Shown here in pieces: positions 41,928-53,586 of a stretch of DNA of 64,000 bases; positions within the stretch are counted from its first letter, which is position 1, and each line of letters opens with the position of its first letter. A program made the position numbers and the translations under genes. This DNA comes from Octopus vulgaris (Eukaryota): the NCBI GenBank assembly GCA_951406725.2, contig OX597828.1, forward strand, positions 37,014,001 through 37,078,000, read 5' to 3'. The notes under the pieces were generated by a model that ran no database searches, was not told the DNA's origin, and saw only the letters and a program-made list of their open reading frames with translations.

Positions 41928-44900
41928 CTATTTGGGTTTGCTATTTGGGTTGGCTATTTTGCTTGGCTATTTGAATTTGCTATTTGACTTAGCTATTTGG
42001 GTAGGCTATTTGGCTAGGCTCATTGGGTTCGCTATTTGGGTTCGGTATTTGAGTTGGCTATTTCGCTTGTGTATTTGGGTTGGCTATGTCACTTTTCTAT
42101 TTTGCTAGGCTATTTGGCTTGGCTATTTGACTTGGCTATTTGGGTTGGCTATTTGGCTTTGCTATTTGGCTTGGCTATTTGTGTTTGCTATTTGTGTTGG
42201 CTATTTGGGTTCGCTATTTGGCTTGGCGATTTGGCTTGTCCATTTTTGTTTGCTATTTGCGTTTGCACTTTGGGTTGGCTATTTGGCTTCGCTATTTGGC
42301 TAGGCTTTTTTGGTTGGCTTTTTCGGTTGGATATTTGAGTTGGATATTTGGCTTTTCTATTTCGGTTGGCTACTTGGGTTTGCTATTTGGTTTGGCTACT
42401 TGGCTTGGCTATTTGAGTTGGCTTTTTGGGTTTGCTATTTGGCTTGTCTATTTGTCTTGCGTCTTTGGGTTGTCTATTTGGTTTGGCTATTTGGGTTGCC
42501 TATTTGGGTTGGCTATTTTGGTTTGCTATTTGGCTTGGCAATTTGGCTTGGCTATTTGGCTTGGCTATTTGAGTTGGCTATTTGGCTTGGCTATTTGGGT
42601 TGGCTATTTGAGTTGGCTATTTGGCTTGGCCTTTTGGGTTGGCTATTTGTGTTTGCTATTTGTGTTCGCTATTTGGGTTCGCTATTTGGCTTAGCTATTT
42701 GTGTTATCTATTTGGGATGGCTATTTTGGTTGGCTATTTGAGTTGGCTTTTTGGCTTGGCTATTTGGGTTGGCTATTTGGGTTTGCTATTTGGGTTGGCT
42801 ATTTGGCTTAGCTATTTGGCTCGTCTATTTGGGTTGGCTATTTGTGTTGGCTCTTTGGGTTGGCTATTTGGGTTGGCTATTTGGCTCGGTTATTTGGCTT
42901 GGTTATTTGGCTTGGCTATTTGAATTGGCTATTTGGATTGGCTTTTTGGGTTGGGTTTTTGGCTTGGCTTTTTGAGTTAGCTATTTAGCTTGGCTATTTG
43001 CGTTGGATATTTGGGTTTGCTATTTGGGTTGGCTATTTTGCTAGGCTATTTGCCTTGGCTATTTGGGTTGGCTCTTTTTTACTTTTTTTGGGTTGGCTAT
43101 TTGGCTTGGATTTATGGCTTTGCTATTGGGCTTGGCTATTTGAATTTGGGATTTGGGTTGGCTATTTGGGTTGGCTATTTGGCTTTATCTATTCGGCTTG
43201 GCTATTTGGCTCGGCTATTTGCTTGGATATTTGGCTAGGCTATTTGGGTTGACTATTTGGGTTGGCTATTTGGCTTGGTTATTTGGCTTGGCTATTTGGT
43301 TAGGCTATTGGGTTGGCTATTTTCCTTGGCTATTTGGCTTGGCTACTTGGGTTGGCTATTTGGCTTGGCTATTTGAATTTGCTATTTGGCTTGGCTGTTT
43401 GGGTTTGCTATTTGGGTTGGGTACTTGGCTTAGCTTTTTGGCTAGGCTATTTGGGTTGGCTATTTGGCTTGGCTATTTGTGTAGGCTATTTTTCTTTGCT
43501 ATTTGGGTTGGCTTTTTGGCTAGGCTAATCGGCTTTTCGTTTTGGCTTGGCTATTTGAATTTGCTATTTGGGTTGACTATTTGGGTTTGCTATTTTAGTT
43601 GGATATTTGGCTTAGCTATTTGGGTTGGCTATTTGGGTTGGCTATTTGGGTTTGCTTTTTGGCTTGGCTATTTGGGTTGGCTCTTTGGGTTGGCTATTTG
43701 GGTTGGCTATTTGGGTTGGCTATTTGGCTTGGCTATTTGAATTGGCTATTTGGCTTGGCTTTTTGGGTTGGCTTTTTGGCTTGGCTTTTTGAGTTAGCTA
43801 TTTGGCTCGGCTATTTGCGTTGGATATTTGGGATTGCTATTTGGGTGGGCTATTTGGTTTGGCTTTTTGTCTAGGCTATTTGGGTTGACTATTTTGTGTT
43901 GGCTATTTGTGTTGGCTATTTGGCTTGGCAATTTTGTTTGGCTTTTAGGGTTTGCTATTTGTGTTAGCTATTTTTCTTGGCTATTTGTGTTGGCTTTTTG
44001 GTTAGGCTATTTGGCTTGCTTATTTGGGTTGTCTTTTTGGCTTGGGTATTTGGGTTGGCTATTTTGGTTGTGTACTTGGCTTAGCTTTTTGGCTAGGCTA
44101 TTTGGGTTGGCTATTTGGCTTGGCTATTTGGCTTGGCTATTTGTGTAGGCTATTTTACTTTGCTATTTGGGTTGGCTTTTTGGCTAGCCTAATCGGCTTT
44201 TCGTTTTGGCTTGGCTATTTGAATTTGCTATTTGGGTTGACTATTTGGGTTTGCTATTTTAGTTGGATATTTGGCTTAGCTATTTGGGTTGGCTATTTGG
44301 GTTTGCTTTTTGGCTTGGCTATTTGGGTTGGCTCTTTGGGTTGGCTATTTGGGTTGGCTATTTGGCTTGGCTATTTGAATTGGCTATTTGGCTTGGCTTT
44401 TTGGGTTGGCTTTTTGTCTTGGCTTTTTGAGTTAGCTATTTAGCTTGGCTATTTGCGTTGGATATTTGGGATTGCTATTTGGGTGGGCTATTTGGTTTGG
44501 CTTTTTGTCTAGGCTATTTGGGTTGACTATTTTGTGTTTGCTATCTGTGTTGGCTATTTGGCTTGGCAATTTTGTTTGGTTTTTAGGGTTTGCTATTTGT
44601 GTTAGCTATTTTTCTTGGCTTTTTGGCTAGGCTATTTGGCTTGCTTATTTGGGTTGTCTTTTTGGCTTGGGTATTTGGGTTGGCTATTTTGGTTGGCGAT
44701 TTGGGTTGGCTATCTAGCTTGGCTATTTGGCTTGGCTATTTGTCTTGGCTTTTTTGGTTTGCTATTTGCGTTGGCTTTTTTACTTAGCTATTTGGCTAGG
44801 CTATTTGGCTTTTCTATTTGGCTTGTCTATTTGGCTTTGCTATTTGGCTTGGCTATTTGGCTAGGCTCTTTGGGTTCGCCATTTGGGTTCGTTTTTTGAG

Positions 44901-45047
44901 TTGGCTATTTCGCATGGGTATTTGGGTTGACTATTTGACTTAGCTATTTGGCTAAGCTATTTGGCTTGGCTATATGACTTGGCTATTTGGGTTGGCTATT
45001 TGGGTTGGCTATGTGGCTTGGCTATTTGGCTTGGTTATTTGGCTAGG
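41928..45047 (-). repeat. Second large (~3.1 kb) reverse-orientation satellite domain with an internal ~650-bp tandem duplication (~43410-44040 / ~44070-44690)
   Basis: Starts at palindrome ccaaatag|ctatttgg (41920-41935). Duplicated landmarks ctaatcggcttttcgttttggc (~43525/~44189) and gggattgctatttgggtgggc (~43830/~44468). Confidence 0.88.
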
Positions 45048-46539
45048 CCAATTTGCCTACTCAAATAGCCAACCCAAATAAACTGGCCAAATACCGAAGC
45101 GAAATAGCAACCCAAACAGCCAACCCAAATAGCCAAGAAAAATAGCCAACACAAATAGCCAAACCTAATAGCCAACAAAATTGCCAAGCCAAATAGCCAT
45201 CTCAAATAGCCAAGCCAATTAGCTTACTCAAATAGCCAACCCAAATAGCCAACCCAAATAAACTGGCCAAATACCCAAGCGAAATAGTAACCCAAATAGC
45301 CAACCCAAATAGCCAAGAAAAATAGCCAACACTAATAGCCAACCCTAATAGCCAACAAAATTGCCAAGCCAAATAGCCAACCCAAATAGCGAAACGAAAT
45401 AGTCAACCCAAATGGCCTAGACAAATAGGCAAGCCAAATAGCCAACCCAAATAGTAAACCGAAATTGCCAACGTAAATAGCCAAGCTAAATAGCTAACTC
45501 AAATAGCCAACCCAAATAGCCAACCAAAATAGCAAATCCAAGTAACCAACTCAAATAGCCATCCCAAATAGCCAACCCAAATAGCAAACCCAAATAGCCA
45601 AAGCAAATAGCCAAGCTAAATACCTAACTCAAGTTGCCAACACAAATAGCCAAACCAAATAGCCAAGCCAAATAGCCAAGCCAAATAGCCAACTCAAATA
45701 GCCAACCCAAATAGCTAACCCAAATAGCCGAGCCAAATAGCCAAGCCAATAAGCAAAGCCAAATAGCCAAACCAAATATCAACCTAAATAGCCTAGCCAA
45801 ATAGCCAACCCAAATAACAAACCGAAATAGCCTAGCCAAATAGCCAAGCCAAATAGCCAACCCAAATAGCAAACCCAAATAGCAAACCGAAATAGCAAAC
45901 GCAAATAGCCAAGCCAAATAGAAACCCAAAAATAGAGCCAAATAGCCTAGCCAAAAAGCCAACCCAAATAGCCAAGAATAATAGCCAACACAAATAGCCA
46001 ACCCTAATAGCCATACAAATACGTACATTAAAACAAATGATAAGAAACACTGCTTAACAAAGTAACTAAATAATTCATTATGAATGAAGGCCCAACGCGC
46101 TTGTTACTTGGGAACCAATTAAATCACACTTGATTATAGAATAAGTAAATATATATATAGTTTAAATATATATATATGTACGGAGTTATCAACTACAAAC
46201 GTTGAGTAGTTCTTGCAGAAAAATTACAACGGGAATAATGCTACCTATTGCAAAACCACACCTGTTGCAGATAAATTAACAGAGATCATTCTTAGGTCTT
46301 AACCCAACAGAGTCAAACATTGACATCTATCAACAGGTGGAAGTGAACCCTAATTATTGAATGGAAGTGATATTGTACACCGTATCGAATGATAACTGCC
46401 GAACAGAAGTGGCATTACGCATAATAGTGAATGACAAAACCCCCAGTAATGAATATATATATATATATAATTCAATAATAAATCTCTGAACGAGGTGTAA
46501 ACAGTAGCTGCACGACAATGTGAAATATATTTGTCACTT

Positions 46540-46760
46540 AAATGTGGCTAACCACTAAATGTGGATGCTACTGTAGCTTGTAGCCCCAGGAGAACATCTT
46601 CTCCAGCTGGCTATTGACACACTTTCTGTGCCCTATCGGTATTTGCAAAGGGAAGCCATCCTTCCCATCGTCGACCTGACGTGATACGCATGGACCCGGG
46701 TTTCTGAGTATTTACCCGTCATCAGCGCACGACAATCACGATGCGATGGGGTCCCAATGC
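46540..46760 (-). mobile_element. Short structured interspersed repeat carrying the hammerhead (probable non-autonomous Penelope-derived or retrozyme-like element); boundaries approximate
   Basis: GC-richer island in AT-rich DNA with several hairpins: TAGCC-cca-GGAGAA-catc-TTCTCC-agct-GGCTA (46581-46613) and GGGAAG-ccatc-CTTCCC (46650-46666), plus the hammerhead. Repeat status is inferred. Confidence 0.45.
46680..46740 (-). ncRNA. Type I hammerhead ribozyme motif (Penelope/retrozyme-type, palindromic stem III)
   Basis: Minus strand reads CGUGAU-UGU-CGUGCG-CUGAUGA-C-GGGU-AAAU-ACUC-A-GAAA-CCCGGG-UC^CAUGCG-U-AUCACG. It has an intact CUGAUGA/GAAA/GUC core, a stem II hairpin, a palindromic ACCCGGGU stem III and a stem I with an internal loop (CGUGAU/AUCACG). 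It is further enclosed by CCCATCG (46664-46670)/CGATGGG (46744-46750). Confidence 0.8.
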
Positions 46761-46844
46761 AAATACATATATCCTTTTTCCAGTGACGAACAGAGATTTA
46801 TTATTGCTTGCTTACACTTTTTCGAGATCAATGACTGTTTTACC

Positions 46845-46937
46845 CACCCCGAAAGTGATGAAAGTTAAAGTCTATTTCAGCTTTATTTGAACTCAGAACG
46901 TCAGGCGTGCTAACGATTGTGCCAGCACGTCACCTTT
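46845..46937 (-). mobile_element. Degenerate, internally deleted tRNA-derived SINE (same family as 58486-58706)
   Basis: ccccgaaagtgatgaaag...tttgaactcagaacg...gcgtgctaacgattgtgccagc is the reverse complement of the head and Nin-like domain of the copy at 58486. Confidence 0.7.
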
Positions 46938-46959
46938 GTTTATTAACATTAGGAATATG

Positions 46960-47034
46960 ACCTACCTACCTACCTAAATACACTACCTACCTACCTACCT
47001 ACCTACCTACCTACCTACCTACCTACCTACATAC

Positions 47035-47087
<53 letters not shown>
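46960..47087. repeat. Compound microsatellite (TACC)n followed by (TATC)n
   Basis: Directly visible. Confidence 0.95.
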
Positions 47088-47184
47088 GACTAATAATATA
47101 TACAAATAAGATATGCATTGTTTCATTTTCCTGTTGTCGTGTACCAGGCCGGACGTGGGGGAAAACAATGATGCGAACGCTGAA

Positions 47185-47340
47185 AACTTGGTATTTTTGC
47201 AACGAAGTCACATGTGATACTTGTTCTACAGCGAGTCATACAGAGATCCCCTTCCCAATTTCGGTACCATAAATTCCATGAACCAATGATTGGTCTGTTA
47301 TGTAACCCGTAACCAACAACGCTATTGTTTACGGAATGCG
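47185..47340 (-). pseudogene. Possible decayed fragment of a papain-family (C1A, cathepsin-like) protease C-terminus
   Basis: Minus-strand translation HSVNNSVVGYGLHNRP..(HWF in shifted frame)..WNLWYRNWEGD.CMTRCR..TCDFVAKIPSF loosely resembles H-A-V-x-x-VGYG...YW-x-x-KNSWG-x-x-WG...CG-I-A-x-x-PSYP. Frameshifts are needed to align. Confidence 0.3.
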
Positions 47341-47555
47341 GAATAAAATAGTTAAATAAACAAAATAAATAAAATAACATAAAAAATATATATTATTTTC
47401 TTCTTTTCGCCAAGCTCGCCTTTTTAAAACTGATTTCAACATTTTTATATTCTATATTTTACCTTTTACATCAGATACTGTCTGATATTTTATGCGGTTT
47501 TCTTTCAATTAATATACCTTTTGGGAATTTTTTTCTTTTGGTTATGACTGATTCT

Positions 47556-49190
<1,635 letters not shown>

Positions 49191-49647
49191 CTTACTGTTA
49201 TTCTATCTCTCTCCTTCTCTGTTTCCCCCCTTATACTCACAGAGAAATCTTTCCACTAATTATCCTTATGAATTGAAACTGAAGCCAAGATTTACATTTG
49301 TTGACATTTATTCTAACAAGGGGAAAAGGAAATGAAGAAAGAAAAAGAAAACGAGAACAAAAAGAAGAGTAGAAAAAAAGCAATAAAAAAAAAAGAAAAA
49401 AAGCCTCCCCCAAAATCTCAACAAAAATGAAAAACAAAACAAATAAAATAAACAAGCTAACAATCAGAAAAGAAAACAAATATAATTCTACGAAACTTCC
49501 GTGTTTAATAAAAAGATTTTCTTTATTAAAGGAAAAAAAAACCTAATAAACCTAAACAAATACAATCTTGGCAATGATCCATCTGGAAAAGTTCGGAGAG
49601 AGCTAGATTTCTTTAATTGGATACATAGGCATCATAAATCTATAATT

Positions 49648-49664
49648 TACACACACGCACACAC

Positions 49665-49722
<58 letters not shown>

Positions 49723-50010
49723 TCACACACACACAGTCGCACACATCACACGCACATAATGCGTACATACATGTGTCTTTATATAAATACATGTATATAT
49801 ATATATACATATACATACATGGCATGCGTATATGCATACATATATGCAGACGTGTATATCCATATTTATGTGTTTAAGTGTTTGTACGTGGGTTCATTTG
49901 TGAGTGTATATATATATATACGTGATGTGTACCTATATACATATGTGTGTGTATGTGTATGCATGAGTGTGTATATGTGTGTGGGTGGGTGTGGGTATGT
50001 TTGTATGTGC
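49648..50010. repeat. (CA)n and degenerate (TA/TG)n microsatellite block
   Basis: Directly visible. Confidence 0.9.
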
Positions 50011-51672
50011 ATACAAATTATCCTTTCAGAATAAAGAAATATAAAATATTACCCGCATGGAAAACTCAAAGTGCTTATAAACTGGAAATTCCACCCACCC
50101 GCATTCTTTAACGAAGAACTTTATCAGCAACACAAGCTGAAGAGTATCTAGAATATCATGTGACGAAACAGTATTCGGTGAAGCAGCACTCTACTTTAAT
50201 AATCCCGCAAAACGAGTGGGCTCAAAGAAAAATCCATGCCCATACGACCAAGGCATAAATCGTAGAGCATCTGTAACGATATCATCTGCTTCAACATATA
50301 TATTAGCTCAAAAATCGCAAAAAGCACTTACAAACCGACCATAGATATTACAAGATTTTTCAGCTGAAAAAGTTTGCTACAGTTGTGCCCGAAACCGAAA
50401 TGTACGTCGTTCAAACTATAAATAATCTCTTACATTGCCTAGCTACGAAAGTATATTACAGCAGAGGAAATATATCACAGCTTACACACGGAAAAATTGC
50501 AGCAGAGAAACAATCGAAGCGTTCAAGTATGATATAGAAATGATGCACTCTCAGTTTTGCAGTATTTGCAGGATGACAGAAACGTCGCTATAGAAATTCA
50601 TGTGGGACAATAATATAACTTTAATATGTACTGAATGATAATAGATAACGATGCCCATGAATAAATATCGAAACATGCTTCCTCTACTTGGTCACAGAAA
50701 TACGATTGTTCAAGAGAAGAAATATGATGATGTCGCATTGCGGATATCATAATAAATGCACTAAAAGACTTATTGTAACTGCAAACAGAAGTTATACAAC
50801 AACGAGATAACGGCGGAAATAGTTATGATGTTTTGATAAAGATAACACCAACGAATCAAAGCAAAGCAATCAAAATGTAATCTGCAGAAAAGGATGATAT
50901 AAATACATCACTTATGATAGGCAACACCGATTCACCGAGTTTTATTAAACCATCTTTAGTGACATCAGTTATAATAAAAAAAATACAATTTATAAAGTAA
51001 ATGAAAATTCTATCAAAGAAACGGATATGATGACGTAATCCACAAACAACGCAATGAATCAGCCAATGAAAATCGATAACAAGTATACAACTTAAGCAAA
51101 ACTGGATACAATGATGTAATTGATAGGGAAATACAGAACAACTAATGAATCGTGATAAATTAATATAGAGCATATTAAAACAGAATACACGCCTTGACTA
51201 CAAATAATCTAAAATATATTACTTTCACAACGCTCTTGTTGATTGCGAATACTTGAAACACGAAGTAACACTCACGTGTTGTTTATTACTTTATTCCAAT
51301 CATCCACTAAAACAGGTGAATTACTTACAAATGAAGCTTTTAATTTGTGAAAATGAATTTGTTTATGTAAGTTTCTTAGGCGTTCATAGGGCAGAAACAA
51401 GATGAAGATCGTAAAATTTGTCATTTACATCAATTTGTCATCTAAATCAATTTGTCATCTAAATTAATTGTTGATTTAGCGATTTGCTAATGTGTATACA
51501 TAAAATTAATATAAACAGCAGTTTGCAATCTTTCACCGAAAAGGAGATTTATGATTGTCACTAAATGTGACTAGGGTGTCAAATTTAATGACAATTATAA
51601 ATCTCAGTTTTGGTGAGAAATTTGCAAACTGCATTTTATATTAAGTGTATAGGTGTGTGTAAATATAAATGC

Positions 51673-51709
<37 letters not shown>

Positions 51710-51739
51710 GGGGGGGTATTTATACATACACACACACAT

Positions 51740-51770
<31 letters not shown>

Positions 51771-51836
51771 GATATGTATATATATATATATATGCATATA
51801 TACACGTATATATATATACGTATATATATATATATA

Positions 51837-53014
51837 CTAGCAGTATCGCCCGGCGTTGCTCGGGTTGTAAGGGAAATAACTATATAAGCATTTTTAGAGA
51901 GTTATAGCCAAAAAATAGCCAAAAAATGCATTAAAAATTGAAAAAAAATTAAGGTAAATTTTTTTTTTAAATCGTTGACACATCGTAGATATTTTTAGAG
52001 AGTTACTTCCCTTATATAAAAGCGAAAAAAATGCATTCAAATGGAAAAATATGATGGTAAATTTTTTTTAAATCGTAGACTCATCGTAGACGCGCACTAA
52101 TACCCAGAAGGGCTCGATATGAATCACGACTATAAGATACCCGCTTTTGGTTAAACTGCACGGCAAAATGTGGGAGTAGTTACGAATCTAAATCGAAGGG
52201 GACAGACACACAACTTCACTCTTATATAAAGATGCTTATTTTTTTTCAGTCATAGAGTTAGATTTATGAAGGTCTTCAGTAGAAAATCCTTCGAATTCTG
52301 ACTCGCTGCTTGATATAATGAAATTCGTATCCATTTTTTGTCAGAATTACAAATTTTGAAAACACAATAGGAACAAATTTCGGAAAAAAATCTCCCATAA
52401 TTCACGGAATTAAAATTACACTTCGATTTTTGTACAAAACTGTATTTGAAGTGTTTACGAAGTATAATACGTGTTTTCACGAATGTACTAAAGAGATTTA
52501 CTCTGATATTCTCATTTAAATATGAATAGGTAAATTCGGGCGGTTTGGTAACGAAAGGGTTTATATAAGTGTCGTCTGTTTATACATAAACACTGTTTCA
52601 TACTTTCAGTTTAGTCTTGCTCAAATCACTCTGTCGCTAATTTACTCTCTTCCAAGAACATTTTCACTCACTGTTATCTGATAGCTTCCCATACATTTTA
52701 CTCATGTATCTATCAGCGTGATAGACAGAAACAAATATTACATTTACTTTCATTTTATTCGTCGCACACTGTGTGTGTGCGTTTGCGTGTGGTGTAAACC
52801 AGACTAAGAAAAGCATTTGACACACACACCAGAATGTGAGTTTTCTGTAAATTTTGCTTAATTGGAGTTGAAATTTTAAAAACTGGACCTGGCATGACGC
52901 GATGCATTGTACTCTCAAAAATGCTAGGTAAATTGTAATTGAAGAAATCCTATATTGTAGATTTGTATAACTCCCAAAGGGAGGCAGATAAAATCTGCCT
53001 TTTATAATAAGAGA
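51837..53014 (-). mobile_element. Non-autonomous Helitron (composite, two candidate 5' ends) inserted in a (TA)n tract
   Basis: Minus-strand 3' end: hairpin CCCGAGCAACGCCGGG (51864-51849), 8 nt, then CTAG (51840-51837) followed by T. 5' ends: A|TCTCTTATTATAAAAGGCAGAT (53014) and an internal A|TCTTTATATAAGAGTGAAGTTGTGTGTCTGTC (52232). No TSD, A|T target. Confidence 0.8.
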
Positions 53015-53180
53015 TATATACGTATATATATATATATATACGTATATATATATATATATACGTATATATATATATACGTATATATATATATACGTATATA
53101 TATATATATATATACGTATATATATATATACGTATATATATACGTATATATATATATATATATACGTATATATATATACG

Positions 53181-53212
<32 letters not shown>

Positions 53213-53511
53213 CGTATATATATATATATATATATACGTATATATATACGTATATATATATACGTATATATATATATATATATATACGTATATATATACG
53301 TATATATATATACGTATATATATATATATATATATACGTATATATATGTATATATATACGTATATATATATATATATACGTATATATATATACGTATATA
53401 TATATACGTATATATATATATATACGTATATATATATACGTATATATATACGTATATATATATATATATATATACGTATATATATACGTATATATACGTA
53501 TATATATATAC

Positions 53512-53585
<74 letters not shown>
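53015..53585. repeat. Long (TA)n microsatellite periodically interrupted by CG (TATATACG units), followed by (TG)n
   Basis: Directly visible. Confidence 0.97.

Positions 53586-53586
<1 letters not shown>

Larger units (their letters stand above)
1..46013. repeat. Giant satellite array of a 13-bp monomer (consensus GCCAAATAGCCAA = GCCAA-ATA-GCCAA; common variants CCCAAATAGCCAA, GCCAAATAGCCTA, CCCAAATAGCAAA) with higher-order structure and many strand inversions; runs off the left edge of the window
   Basis: Directly visible tandem 13-mers, e.g. 14730-14900 and 40150-40235. The 13-nt period is confirmed by the 13-aa repeat LAIWLGYLAWLFG (39 nt = 3 monomers) in the ORF track. The array ends abruptly at ...ccctaatagcca (46013). 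Confidence 0.98.

Noticed and set aside
1-46013. CRISPR-like or shufflon-like interpretation of the repeat and inverted cassettes
   Set aside because: There are no unique spacers and no cas or recombinase gene. Cassettes keep the same orientation relative to their flanking landmarks, and the context is eukaryotic.
1-46013. Telomeric repeat (TTAGG/TTAGGG-like words on the G-rich strand)
   Set aside because: Such words occur only as sporadic monomer variants; there are no tandem telomeric hexamers or pentamers, and the period is 13.
70-46050. Hundreds of hydrophobic 'membrane protein' ORFs (LAIWLGYLAWLFG repeats, up to 313 aa)
   Set aside because: The T-rich strand of the 13-mer has no stop in any frame and cycles through the same 13-aa peptide. 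ORFs overlap in all three frames, start mostly at TTG and follow array orientation, so they are translation artefacts.
46320-46450. Short + strand peptide ending VALRIIVNDKTP (cadherin-like motif)
   Set aside because: In-frame stop, no other cadherin motifs and no clear splice sites.
50137-50180. CTGAAGAG...CGAAAC hammerhead-like core on the + strand
   Set aside because: No convincing stem II, stem III or stem I pairing.
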